In this document: positions 8,160 through 19,100 of the stretch, piece by piece
Position numbering within the stretch: the first letter of the stretch is position 1
Layout: the number at the start of each line of letters is the position of its first letter
NCBI GenBank assembly: GCA_021769425.1
Contig: JAETSX010000003.1
Location: 69,678-133,677 of the forward strand
Source: Eubacterium sp.
GTDB lineage: Bacteria; Bacillota; Clostridia; Lachnospirales; Lachnospiraceae
Direction: 5' to 3'
Length of the DNA stretch: 64,000 nucleotides
Notes under the pieces: model-generated
The model's database searches: none
Seen by the model: only the letters and a program-made list of their open reading frames with translations
What the model was told of the DNA's origin: nothing
Translations under genes and position numbers: made by a program

Positions 8160-11100
8160 ATGTCAAAGGATAAAAAGAAACCGGGCCGGATTCCCACTCT
8201 TTCCATGATGAAAAAAATGAGATCAGGAACTTTAGAAGCTGAGGATCTGGAGTCCTTTCCGAAAAACAACAGATGGGCTTTTAATGCAGGAAGGACATTT
8301 GCAGGAAATCCCAAATATCTGTTCATCTACATCAATAAATACCGAAAGGATATTGACGCCTATTGGCTGTGCGACAATGAGGAAACCGTGGAATATATCC
8401 GAAAGCTGGGCTATAAAGCCTACACTTTTGTAGACGGGGAAGCACATCGGCTGGAAACCCAGACCGGTGTTTATGTAGTGGAACAGGTGAAGGAAAATAT
8501 TCCGGAGCGGATGTCAGAGGTAAAATATCTGAATCTGTATCATGGAGTGGGGTGCAAGTCCATAGAGCGGAGAGTGAATACTGGTTTTTTAAACGAGAGG
8601 ATTATCGGAAAATATATAAAATATAATCAGTTTTATAGTGACAGGCAACTATTTCTTGTGACATCTCCTTTGATGGAAAAGCACTTTATCTATCAGTGTG
8701 GTCTAAAAAAGAATCAGGTAGTTAGGGGGGGATATCCTCGCTGTATGTATCAGAAATATTGTGATAAAGTGGATACTTTTGATCATGATATCCGATCTAG
8801 AAAAGGACTTGAATCAGATACGAGGATTGTTGCTTATGTGCCGACTTATAGAGATAATGCGCCTCAAGGATTTATGAGTCTCGCAATTCCGAATATGGAA
8901 CGTTTGATTCAGAAGCTTGAGGAGAAAAATATGTTAATGATTTTCAAGATGCATCCCCTAATTCTGGAAGATTATGAGTATTTAAAGCTGAAGGAAAAAT
9001 ATCAGGATCATCCAAGGCTTTTGTTTTGGAATAACCAGGAAGATTTCTACGAGATATTTGAGGATATTGAGGTGGGAATTATAGATTATTCTTCTATTTT
9101 TTATGATATGCTGGCAGGAGGAACCAAATATTTTATTCGATATTTCTTTGATTATAAAGATGGAAAATCTTTTCGGGATATGGTATATGATTTAGAGGAA
9201 ATGACCTGCGGAAAAATGTGCAGAAATTTTGATTCTCTGTTAGAAGCGCTGGATTCCTACGAAGAGGATGACAAACAGGACAGAGAGAGAATTGAAAAAT
9301 TATTTTGGGAATATGACCATAAGGGCTCGATGGATGAGATTATCAATGCCGCCCTGGAATTTGAGCCGGAGCCGGAGCCGCTGCCCACTTTGTATACCTT
9401 TGATATTTTTGATACGTTAATTTCACGGAAGGTATTGGAGCCGGAAGGGATTTTCTACCAGGTAAAAGAGAGAATGGAAGTCTCTGAATTGGAGTTTCCA
9501 TCCTTTTTCATGCAGAATTATCCCCAGAAAAGGCAGGAGGCAGAGTCAAATGTCCGGGAATGGTACCGCAAAACCCTGGAACTGCGTCCGGATGCCAGAA
9601 GGGAAATCCATTTTGAAGAGATCTTTGAGCGGATGGCAAAAGTGTATCACCTGACAGAAGAACAGACGAATGCCCTGATGGAGTGGGAACTGGAGGCAGA
9701 GTATGAGAGCAGCATCCCCATTCCAAGGGCAGTTTCCTATGTAAAAGACTTGATACAGAAGAGAGAAACAGTCTGCCTGATCAGCGACATGTACCTGAGC
9801 CGGGAGTTTATACAGAAACTTCTTGTAAAAGCAGATCCGGCTCTGGGGGAACTTCCGTTGTTTCTGTCCAGTGAATACGGCGTACAGAAAAGCACGGGGT
9901 TATTGTACCTGGAAGTATACCGGAGTTTTGAGACCTATATGTTCGGCGCATGGATTCATCACGGAGATAACCGGAAGGCCGACGGGACTTTTGCAAAGAA
10001 ATTAAATATTACCACAGTGCTGAGAGAGCGTCCGGAATTTAATGAGTATGAATGGAAGCTTGCGTCCCAGATTGGAACCGGCGATGCCTTTAAGACAGCG
10101 GCGCTTTTGGCAAGATTCCGGGAAAGTAACGGAAAACGGAAAGACTATTATGCTTACGGACATATATCTATGTACTTTGTTCCCTATATCAGCTGGGTCC
10201 TGGGGCATGCCATAGAGCATGGGACGAAATGCCTGTATTTTATTTCCCGTGACGGCTATCAGCTGAAGCGGATTGCAGACAGAATTATAGAGAAGAAGAA
10301 TCTGCCTGTCCGGACCAAATATATCTACGGTTCCAGAAGGGCCTGGAGGATTCCTTCGCTGATTACAGAACTGGATAAGGAATTCTTCTCGAAATTCGGC
10401 AACTTTGTCAATATAAAATCTTATGATAAGATGCTGAATGCCCTTAATATGGAAGAAAAAGATTTCCAGCAGATTTTCCCTGATTTAGCCTATTTGAAAG
10501 ATGCAGGCGAGATCACGAAAGAAATCCGGGAGTCTTTGATTATCACATTTTCCAATTCAGAGCCTTATCGCCGGTATATTCTGGATAAGTCAGCCAGAGA
10601 TCGGGGGATTGTGTTGGACTATCTGCGGCAGGAAATTAATTTCGAAGAGAAATTTTCATTTGTGGAATATTGGGGCAGAGGGTATACCCAGGACTGTACC
10701 GCCCGTTTGCTGGAAGCGGCATGTGGGACGAAATGCCCGGCGCCTTTTTATTATATGAGAAGCATCTACAGCAGCGAGGAGAACCGGATTCGATATAATT
10801 TTACCACGGCGTCCAATTCTCTGATTTTTGTGGAGGCAATTTTTGCCAATATTCCCTACAAAAGCGTAGAGCGGTATCAGCCTGGGGAAAATGGAAAGAT
10901 TTTGCCGGTTCTTGAGCCTGCGGACTGCGATATGGAACTGTTTCATGCCATGGAACATCGGCTTTTGCAGTTCGTGGATGACTTTTACGGCCTTGAGCTT
11001 AAGGATGCGGAGAATCTGGAGAAAATGCTTCAGAAAGTGTCCGTTGAATATTTTGAGGAGCATCAGGAGGATGAGGTGTTTACCAGATGCCTTGCTCCGC

Positions 11101-12509
11101 TGATGGATTCCTATACCATGTATGACGCCAAAAGGGAGTATGCCCCGGCCTTTACCGACGAGATGGCGGACGGGCTGATCCGGGAGAATCCCAAGTCAGA
11201 TTATACCAGTTCCCTGGAAATGAGCCTGGCAAGATCGGAGAAGCGGTTGGCGGACAAGGTGAGATATATTGTGGAAGATGTGCCGGAACTTCGGCGGGAG
11301 GGGGATAAGAAAACGGCGAAAATTCTGGCAAGAAAGGAAGAAAACCTGCTGGCTCCCTATAAACTGCAGCGGCATAAATGGAAATCTCTGTATTTTCAGG
11401 CAACTTACCAGAAATATGCCATGCATCCCATAGAGAAAGGGAAAGTGATCATCTTTACCAACGATTCCCCCACGGATCGGGATGAGTACTGGAGTCTGGA
11501 ACAGGAATTGAAGAAGCTGGGGAACTTGAAGATTCTCCGGTATAAGAAAAGCGCTTTTTATGGAAAGGTTATCAAAGAGATGGCTACTGCAGAGTATGTT
11601 TTCATCAACCGCCATATTGAATTGATGAGCCTTTTAAAATTCCGAAAAGGCACCTATGTGGTTCAGTTGGGAGAGTATGCCTTTTCTCTGGAATGTTTCG
11701 GCAGGGGCATGCATTTCCCGGGATATTTGAAGGATTCCAGAGATTGGAATGACCGATTAATGAGAAACGATTATGATTTGATCTGCGCTGCTTCAGAGGC
11801 CATGAAGAAGATCTATGGGGCGTCATTTACTGTAAAAAGAAAGGGAATGGTTCAGGCAGTGGGAAGCTGCTGTACCGATATTTATTTTTCAGAAGAATTT
11901 CGGGAAGAAGCCAGAAAAAGCCTGGAGGAATTGTTTCCAGCGGCCAGGGGTAAGAAAATCATTGTGTATCTGCCCCAATACCGGCATCGGGTGAAGGGAT
12001 GCCGGGTGTTGGAATTTCTGGATATCCGGAAGCTGGAGAAGGCCCTTGGAAAAGAATATGTGATGGTGACGGATTACCGGACGCCTGTAGGAATGGACAG
12101 TTATCCCATGTCAGAGGATTTGCGGGAATTTTTCTGTGACGCAACCAATGAGATGAGCATCCGCCGGCTGATTGCAGCAGGAGATGTTTTTGTGGGAGAT
12201 TACAGGAATACTTTCTTCGAGTCATTTTTGCGGAGGAAGCCGGTGTTTCTAACGGCCGATGACTATGAGGAATACACCAGGGAGCGTGATTATAATTTTG
12301 CTTATGAAGAGATCTTATCGGCTCCGGTGATTGGGGACGCGGAAGATTTGATCTGGCAGCTCCGACATCTGGAAACTTATGATTACGGGCGCTTGGAACA
12401 GTTCTGTGAAAAGTATTTAGGCGCCTGCGACGGTCATGCGGCAGAACGTGTGCTGGGATTAAAAGAGGGATTAATGAGACAGAGGAAGAGATATGGATTG
12501 GAAGTTTAG
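8160..12509 (+). CDS. Giant multidomain protein: TagF-like module, HAD-like hydrolase module, about 450 aa unassigned, then a second (degenerate) TagF-like module
   Basis: N-terminal module: YLNLYHGVGCKSIE, AYVPTYRD, IDYSSIFYDM. Middle: TLYTFDIFDTLISRK (HAD DxDxT). C-terminal module: VVQLGEYAFSLECFG, VYLPQYRH, VGDYRNTFFE, CDGHAAERV. The ORF is open from GTG 8079; ATG 8145 or 8160 follows AGGAGGAG. Confidence 0.7.
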   Translation: MSKDKKKPGRIPTLSMMKKMRSGTLEAEDLESFPKNNRWAFNAGRTFAGNPKYLFIYINKYRKDIDAYWLCDNEETVEYIRKLGYKAYTFVDGEAHRLETQTGVYVVEQVKENIPERMSEVKYLNLYHGVGCKSIERRVNTGFLNERIIGKYIKYNQFYSDRQLFLVTSPLMEKHFIYQCGLKKNQVVRGGYPRCMYQKYCDKVDTFDHDIRSRKGLESDTRIVAYVPTYRDNAPQGFMSLAIPNMERLIQKLEEKNMLMIFKMHPLILEDYEYLKLKEKYQDHPRLLFWNNQEDFYEIFEDIEVGIIDYSSIFYDMLAGGTKYFIRYFFDYKDGKSFRDMVYDLEEMTCGKMCRNFDSLLEALDSYEEDDKQDRERIEKLFWEYDHKGSMDEIINAALEFEPEPEPLPTLYTFDIFDTLISRKVLEPEGIFYQVKERMEVSELEFPSFFMQNYPQKRQEAESNVREWYRKTLELRPDARREIHFEEIFERMAKVYHLTEEQTNALMEWELEAEYESSIPIPRAVSYVKDLIQKRETVCLISDMYLSREFIQKLLVKADPALGELPLFLSSEYGVQKSTGLLYLEVYRSFETYMFGAWIHHGDNRKADGTFAKKLNITTVLRERPEFNEYEWKLASQIGTGDAFKTAALLARFRESNGKRKDYYAYGHISMYFVPYISWVLGHAIEHGTKCLYFISRDGYQLKRIADRIIEKKNLPVRTKYIYGSRRAWRIPSLITELDKEFFSKFGNFVNIKSYDKMLNALNMEEKDFQQIFPDLAYLKDAGEITKEIRESLIITFSNSEPYRRYILDKSARDRGIVLDYLRQEINFEEKFSFVEYWGRGYTQDCTARLLEAACGTKCPAPFYYMRSIYSSEENRIRYNFTTASNSLIFVEAIFANIPYKSVERYQPGENGKILPVLEPADCDMELFHAMEHRLLQFVDDFYGLELKDAENLEKMLQKVSVEYFEEHQEDEVFTRCLAPLMDSYTMYDAKREYAPAFTDEMADGLIRENPKSDYTSSLEMSLARSEKRLADKVRYIVEDVPELRREGDKKTAKILARKEENLLAPYKLQRHKWKSLYFQATYQKYAMHPIEKGKVIIFTNDSPTDRDEYWSLEQELKKLGNLKILRYKKSAFYGKVIKEMATAEYVFINRHIELMSLLKFRKGTYVVQLGEYAFSLECFGRGMHFPGYLKDSRDWNDRLMRNDYDLICAASEAMKKIYGASFTVKRKGMVQAVGSCCTDIYFSEEFREEARKSLEELFPAARGKKIIVYLPQYRHRVKGCRVLEFLDIRKLEKALGKEYVMVTDYRTPVGMDSYPMSEDLREFFCDATNEMSIRRLIAAGDVFVGDYRNTFFESFLRRKPVFLTADDYEEYTRERDYNFAYEEILSAPVIGDAEDLIWQLRHLETYDYGRLEQFCEKYLGACDGHAAERVLGLKEGLMRQRKRYGLEV

Positions 12510-14259
12510 GTTAGAGGAAGCAAGAATTGAGGATTATATGCTGGTGTTGGGGGTGGCGGCGGAAGGCCCTTACGATGTAAAAGTACGCTCGCCCAAGGTG
12601 GTGGCAGTACTCAGGAAAACAGGGGATAACCGTAGATTTCCCATCAGTGTGAATTCGTATTTTCCGCTGGAGGATATGGATACCTGCATGGTGTATGCGG
12701 AGTATCCGGTGAATATAAGAAGCATATTTGTGGGAGGAACCAGGGAAGATATTGTGATCAGCTTTGATTTTATTTATGGGGATACGCATATCTGCAATAT
12801 TCCCCTGGAGCTGTCCCGTGCGCCTGAGGCGCTGGAGGCACAGGGGCTGTCATTCCGGCAGGACACGTCGGAACTGGTTCTTAAGGGGAAAGGAAGCGGG
12901 TCTGAATTTTTACAGAAAGCTTGGAAAACCTGCCAGGCAATCCTTGGGCCCATCCATCAGTTATTGACCCATGTGATAGCGGCGCTGCTGCTTCCCTGGT
13001 TTTTTCTGGATGCGGTGGCCTCCATTTTGTTTGATGTCAGTAAAACATATCCCAGGAATATGGGAAGCCAGTTCCACCGTTTTTTTGCCCATATCAGCTG
13101 GTACCATTCCAGATTCTGTAAATATGAATTTGGGTTGACCGGAATTAAGATGGGATTTGTGAAATTCTTTTTCCTTCTGGGGCATCTTTTACCCGTCAAA
13201 AAGAACCGGGTGTTCTTTTTGTCCAGCCGGCGGGATGATATGACAGGTAATTTTTCTTTTCTGTATGATAAGATGAAAAAGGAGCCTGTGGCGGATATGA
13301 AATGGGTATTGGAGCCCAGGGAAATTGCGGCTATGCCGTTAAAAAGCATGGCCAGAATCGGTTATTATGCAGCCACTTCCAGAGTAATTCTCATTGACGA
13401 CTACACACCGGTAATTTCCAGGCTGAAGCTTCGGAAAAGATCGAAGCTTATCCAGCTCTGGCATGCCTGCGGGGCTTTTAAGACTTTCGGATTCTCCCGT
13501 ACCGGCAAGCGGGGCGGCCCGAAACAGGACAGCCTGGATCACAGGGATTATGATTATGCCATTGTAAGCTCCTCGGAGATCCGGCAGTTCTATGCAGAAG
13601 GGTTCGGGATTGCCCTGGATAAGGTGGTTGCCACCGGGGTTCCCCGGACGGATGTGTTTTTTGACAAACAATATAAAAAAGATATTGTGGAGAAGCTGCA
13701 GCAGCAGTATCCTGTCATAAAGGGCAAGAAAGTGATTTTATTTGCGCCCACTTTCCGGGGATACGGGAAGCTGTCAGCCGACTATCCCAAAAGCCAGTTT
13801 GATCCGGTGGAATTTATGGAGCAGATTCCGGAGGATTATGTGCTGATTATCAAGCACCATCCCTTTGTGGCAATGGAATATGAGATTGAAAAAAAGTGGC
13901 GGGATCGGATTCTGGATTTGTCCGCAGAGTCGGAAATCAACGATCTGCTGTTTGTGACGGATCTTCTGATTACCGATTATTCTTCTGTGGTATTTGAAGC
14001 GGCATTGCTCAATATTCCGATGCTGATGTATGCCTTTGATTTAAGGCAGTACATTGCGGGCAGGGATTTTTATTATGATTATGAATTTTTTGTGCCGGGC
14101 AAAATTGTGGAAAGCTTTCCGGCCCTGGTGGAAGCGGTGTGCAAAGAAGATTATGAAGCGGAGAAGCTGGCGCAGTTTCGGACTAGATTTTTCGATGATT
14201 TAGACGGAAAGTCCACGGAAAGAGTAGTGAAATTGATTTATGGCCTGATTCAGTCTTAG
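12493..14259 (+). CDS. TagF-family polyol-phosphate transferase with an extra ~300-aa N-terminal region containing hydrophobic segments
   Basis: Motifs IQLWHACGAFKTFGF, LFAPTFRG and TDYSSVVFEA. It overlaps the upstream gene by 17 nt. Confidence 0.75.
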   Translation: MDWKFRLEEARIEDYMLVLGVAAEGPYDVKVRSPKVVAVLRKTGDNRRFPISVNSYFPLEDMDTCMVYAEYPVNIRSIFVGGTREDIVISFDFIYGDTHICNIPLELSRAPEALEAQGLSFRQDTSELVLKGKGSGSEFLQKAWKTCQAILGPIHQLLTHVIAALLLPWFFLDAVASILFDVSKTYPRNMGSQFHRFFAHISWYHSRFCKYEFGLTGIKMGFVKFFFLLGHLLPVKKNRVFFLSSRRDDMTGNFSFLYDKMKKEPVADMKWVLEPREIAAMPLKSMARIGYYAATSRVILIDDYTPVISRLKLRKRSKLIQLWHACGAFKTFGFSRTGKRGGPKQDSLDHRDYDYAIVSSSEIRQFYAEGFGIALDKVVATGVPRTDVFFDKQYKKDIVEKLQQQYPVIKGKKVILFAPTFRGYGKLSADYPKSQFDPVEFMEQIPEDYVLIIKHHPFVAMEYEIEKKWRDRILDLSAESEINDLLFVTDLLITDYSSVVFEAALLNIPMLMYAFDLRQYIAGRDFYYDYEFFVPGKIVESFPALVEAVCKEDYEAEKLAQFRTRFFDDLDGKSTERVVKLIYGLIQS

Positions 14260-14280
14260 GCCGATGGAGGATATAAAACC

Positions 14281-16146
14281 ATGGAACGTGTGAGAGAAAT
14301 TTTTTCTTCCGATAAATATAACAGAATTATTTTATTTGTGGTATTGCTGCTGGGATTTTTGGTTCTGGGGCTTCCGCTGACAGTGACTTATATTACAGAC
14401 GAAACAGGGACGATGGCCAATGCCGCTTTTCTGGCTGGGATGGATTGGTCAGTGTTTATCGACAAGACGGGGGGATACTATTATAAATACGGGCAGGCGC
14501 TTTTCTGGTATCCCATTTTTGCATTGGTGAAGGATTCTTTTCTCATATACAAATTGATTATGGCGGAGAACGCCGTTTTTCTGAGCCTGGAGGGGGTGTG
14601 CATTTATCAGATCCTCCGGAAACACTTGAAGGTGGAGAGCAAGGTTCAGTGTATGCTGGCATCCGCGGTTACGGCGATTACTCCTGCGGCAGCGCTGTAC
14701 AGCCTTTTTGCCCGGGCGGATGTTGTGCTGGTGGCATTTTCTGTCTATGTGCTGTATTTTCTGATGGAAGCCTGGAGCAGCCGGAATGATCGGAAGAAAC
14801 ATGCAGTCAATACTTTTTTGTCTGTGCTGTGTACGGTGTATATCTCCATGTGCCACAGCAGAGGCATTGTATGGGTGATTGCAGTGACCATGGTAGTTTT
14901 GGTGATGCATTTCTTTACCAGGGAAAAGATGGTGAATTACTGGGTTTACGGCGGTTCTTTGATTGGATTGATGGGAATTGACCGGATTTTAACCAGGTTT
15001 TTTAAGTCAAATATCTGGGGGGATAATATCAGGCATGCTACGGCAGAGAGTTTTGATTTCGAGAAATTGGGCGGAATTTTTACCGGGGACGGCATTAAGA
15101 CCATGGTGAAGCTGGGAATGGGATGGATTTTTAATTTCATGACCAGTTCCATGGGGCTGGCAATTGCGGGAATATTTGCCGCTCTGGCAGTTATCCTGCT
15201 GTTTGTACGAAGGAAAACAGAGATAAAGCCGGAAGAAGCAATTCTGTGCGGCTATGGTTTTTTGATATTTGCAGGTTCTATGGCGCTGGGCATGCTCTTT
15301 TTCTTTCCCCATGTTTTCAAGAATTACTATGAGGGCTCTGCGTCCCGGGTGGATCGGCTGGTGTACGACAGGTATCTGGCCGGCAGCATTGGGATTGCAG
15401 TTTTAATGGGTATTTATTTTTTTGTTTACCGGAAAGATATTTTTCAGAAAGTAAGCCGTATTGTTTTGGCGGCGCTGGCAGTGTTTGTTTTATTTTTCTA
15501 TAAAAAATTTATCAGTATTTATATGGATCATAAGGAATTTTCTATCCGCAACAGCATTGCATCCAATCTATTTGTGGATAACGGCTTTCCCGGGAATGAT
15601 GCGTCGAAATATGACAATATGTCGGGGGGCCTGTTTTATGGCGGTCTGTTTGCGGCGGCCGTATTGATTCTGTTTCTTTTTGCAGCCTACCTGTCCTGGC
15701 GGGAGTGTGCTCTGGCGGGAATGTGCGCAGTGTTTGCCGTAAGCCTTGGGGTGAATTATGCAAAGATGCGCCTGGCCTGTGATATCAACGTAAGGGCGAA
15801 GGTTCAGGATTTGCAGGATTATGTGCCGCAGATTCGGGAGGCGCCGGAAGAATTCCGCTATGTCTATGTGGATAATAGCGCAAAACGGATGAAGCCTCTG
15901 CAGTTGATTTTTAAAGAGTTTCAGGTGTATGTCCGTAACAGTTTTCCGGAGGGGGAGGCAGGAAACTATTTTATAATCTCTCTGCCGGATGAATTCAATA
16001 AGAAGATAGACAGAAGCGATTGCTACCAGTTTGCAGATTTTGATTATCTCAATGCGAAGTATTATGTGATTTATGTAAAAGGAGAAAAACTGCGTCGGGA
16101 ACTGGAACAAATGGGCCTGGAGTTGGTGAAATTAGGAACAGGCTGA
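14281..16146 (+). CDS. Large polytopic membrane protein, possibly a GT-C-type (ArnT/PMT/YfhO-like) extracytoplasmic glycosyltransferase
   Basis: More than 10 hydrophobic segments, an acidic motif YITDETG just after TM1, and a soluble C-terminal ~130 aa. No family motif recognised with certainty. Confidence 0.35.
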   Translation: MERVREIFSSDKYNRIILFVVLLLGFLVLGLPLTVTYITDETGTMANAAFLAGMDWSVFIDKTGGYYYKYGQALFWYPIFALVKDSFLIYKLIMAENAVFLSLEGVCIYQILRKHLKVESKVQCMLASAVTAITPAAALYSLFARADVVLVAFSVYVLYFLMEAWSSRNDRKKHAVNTFLSVLCTVYISMCHSRGIVWVIAVTMVVLVMHFFTREKMVNYWVYGGSLIGLMGIDRILTRFFKSNIWGDNIRHATAESFDFEKLGGIFTGDGIKTMVKLGMGWIFNFMTSSMGLAIAGIFAALAVILLFVRRKTEIKPEEAILCGYGFLIFAGSMALGMLFFFPHVFKNYYEGSASRVDRLVYDRYLAGSIGIAVLMGIYFFVYRKDIFQKVSRIVLAALAVFVLFFYKKFISIYMDHKEFSIRNSIASNLFVDNGFPGNDASKYDNMSGGLFYGGLFAAAVLILFLFAAYLSWRECALAGMCAVFAVSLGVNYAKMRLACDINVRAKVQDLQDYVPQIREAPEEFRYVYVDNSAKRMKPLQLIFKEFQVYVRNSFPEGEAGNYFIISLPDEFNKKIDRSDCYQFADFDYLNAKYYVIYVKGEKLRRELEQMGLELVKLGTG

Positions 16147-16181
16147 TAGAAAAACAAAGGAGTTACGAAAGGAGAACCGTT

Positions 16182-19100
16182 ATGAAAAGGAAAATGGCAC
16201 TGCTTTTGCTCGCAGTTTTTATGGGGACAAGTGCCATAGAGCCATCCCTGGCTCTGTATGGGGCTGATATGCAGGATGGGAGAATAGCTTCAGAAGATGC
16301 CGGGCGTTTGGCGCTGCCTGGAAGAGAGGAGACAGAGGATTTCGGGAACTTGGAACAAGCTGGGGAAGAGAGTATAGGGGAGACCGGGAGTTTGGAACAA
16401 CCAGGAAAAGAGGGAGCGGAGGAAACCGGGAGCCTGGAACAAGCAGGGAAAGAGAATACAGGGAAGACCGGGAGTTTGGAACAACCAGGAAAAGAGGGAG
16501 CGGAGGAAACCGGGAACTTGAGACTGACAGAGGAGACAGCAGGGGAAAAAGTTCTGGAATTGGAACAGAAGGAAGAAAAAGCTGCGGCGCCCACCACAAT
16601 TACCATCGGCGCCAATGGATATGAAGCCAGCAGAGCAGGGCTACAGAAAGCCTTTGATTTTATCCAGGAACAGAATAAGAAGGGGAACAAGTCCATCTAT
16701 ACCGTGTCTGTTCCCGCCGGTACATATAACATTGATTCCCCGTTATATCTTTACAGCAATACCCATCTTGCCCTTGCGCCTGGAGCCGTGATGAAAAATA
16801 CCGGGGTCGGAACATCACTGCTGCGGCTGGGGAGGAATGGGGAAGTTTATTCCGGCGCCAGCGGATTTATGAATATCACCATTGAAGGCGGTACTTGGAC
16901 AGCGGAGTTAAGGGATGGTTCTTCCCTGCTCCGTATGGCCCATGCCAGAAATGTGGTGATTAAAAATGCAGTGTTCCAGGATGTGAAAAATGAGCACCAT
17001 ATCGAAGTGGCAGGAATTGATGGGTTTACTGTGACAGGCTGCACTTTCAGCGGTTATGTAAAGACGATAGAAAGCGATGAACTGCTGATGGAGGCGCTGG
17101 AAATTGATATTTTGGGGGGAGAAAAATTCTTCCCGGGATATGAGAAGTATGATTATACTCCTATGAAAAATGTCACCGTTTCCAACAATGTGTTCAAGAA
17201 TCTGTTTCGGGGCGTTGGAACTCATTCCCTGGTACGGGGCAGTTATTTTGAGAATATAAAAATACAGAACAACCGGTTTGAGAATATTGCGGATTATGCT
17301 GTGCTGGCCACAAATTATCGTAACAGTTCCATTGCGGGAAATACTATGGTAAATGTGGGGGCCGGAATTTACTTTTGCAATATCCAGACCCTGGGCCGGA
17401 TGGTAACGCCTACGCCGGCGCTGAAGTTTAATACGGATACCCAATCCAGGATAGAGAAAAATGCCATTACTTTAAAAGCCGTGAATCAGACTGTCAACCG
17501 ATGCGGGATCCGCGCAGAGGGAGACGAAGGAAATTATATAATCCGCAACCTTACCATAACCGGCAATACCGTTAATGCGGCCACCGGGGGCCATGGAATT
17601 CTTGGAAATTATATGAAAGACTGTACCATAACCGGCAATGGGGTAACCGGAGGAAATACTCTGTCCAAAGATTACAAAGGAATCCGGATTACTAATTCTG
17701 CAAATGTTCCGATTAGCGGCAACACCGTAAAAAATATGTCGGATCACGGAATCACAGTTACCGATAAAAGTCCAAACTGCCCGATTGAGAAAAATATTGT
17801 TTCCGGCAATAAAGGGGCTGGAATTATCGTTACGGAGGGCAGCAGCGGATGTCCGATCAGCGGAAACCAAAGCAGCAGCAATAAAGGAGCCGGGATTTCT
17901 GTTTCAGGGGGCGGCGGATGCCCGATCAGCGGAAACCAAAGCAGCAGCAATAAGGGAGCCGGGATTTCCGTTGCAGCCAGCGACGGGTGCCCGATCAGCG
18001 GAAATCAGAGCAGCAGCAATAAAGGAACCGGAATTTCCGTTACAGGGAGCAACGGATGTTCAATCAGCGGGAACCGGGTCAGCGCAAATAAGGGGAGCGG
18101 AATATCCGCCAGCGGAAGCTCTGTTCCTATGGCAGTCAGCAAAAATACCGTGGAGAAGAACAGCAAGTACGGAATTTCCATTGGAAAAGGGAACGGATAT
18201 TCTGTTGCAGACAATGGCAGGGTTTCCGAAAACGGCAAACATGGTATCTATTTTTCGAAATGTTCTAATGTGGAGGCAGTGAGAAATAAGGTAACCTCCA
18301 ATAAGAAAAGCGGGATTGTCATGTCAGGCGTAACAGGCGGCAGAGTGGAATCTAATTCTGCTGTCAACAGCAATAAGGAAAGCGGAATTATCATGACCGG
18401 CATAACCGGAGGCAAAGTGGCGTCTAATGCCAGTATCAGCAGCAATAAGGAAAACGGGATCACCATAAGCAAGAGTTCTGATATTGAAGTCAGCGGCAAT
18501 GCCAAAATAAAAGGCAATCAGCGGGTGGGAATTTCCGTGACGGGAAAAAGCGTTAAAAATATTGTGGTTTCGGGGAACAAAGTTTCTGCCAGCGGCATTC
18601 ACGGGCTTACCGTGAGCGGGGAATCCACAGCGCAGATCGCCGGCAATTCCATTGGCAGCAACAAGAAGTACGGCATCAGCATCAGTGAAAAGAGCGTGAA
18701 CTGCCGTATTACTGGCAATACCATCAATAAGAACCGGAAAGGCGGTATTCTGATTGCCGGAAAATGCAGCAGCAATCAGGTTGAGAAGAATACGGTGAAA
18801 TACAATAAAGGCCATGGAATTGCCGTAAGTTCTTCCAACAAAGTTAAAATTGCAGAGAATATTGCCGTCAGCCATAATCAGGGCAATGGAATTCTTTTGA
18901 GCGGTGCGTCCAACAATGCCAAAATCAGTAAAAATATTGTCTCTGTCAATAAAGAGCACGGGATTAACCTGTATGACAAATCCGTGAAAGCTGAAATTAT
19001 GGAAAATACCCTCCGCAAGAATGGGAAAAACGGTATTTTTATCTGCGGAAAATCCAAGGCAAGTGTTCTGAAGAAAAATAATTTTACAGCGAATAAAGGA

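Noticed and set aside
8725-8731. G7 run inside the giant TagF-HAD-TagF gene as a phase-variation tract. The same question applies to the A8 run at 1777-1784 and the T8 run at 23704-23711.
   Set aside because: These runs are short relative to known contingency tracts. The reading frames are intact, and the A8 run lies in an RBS-start spacer. There is no independent support.
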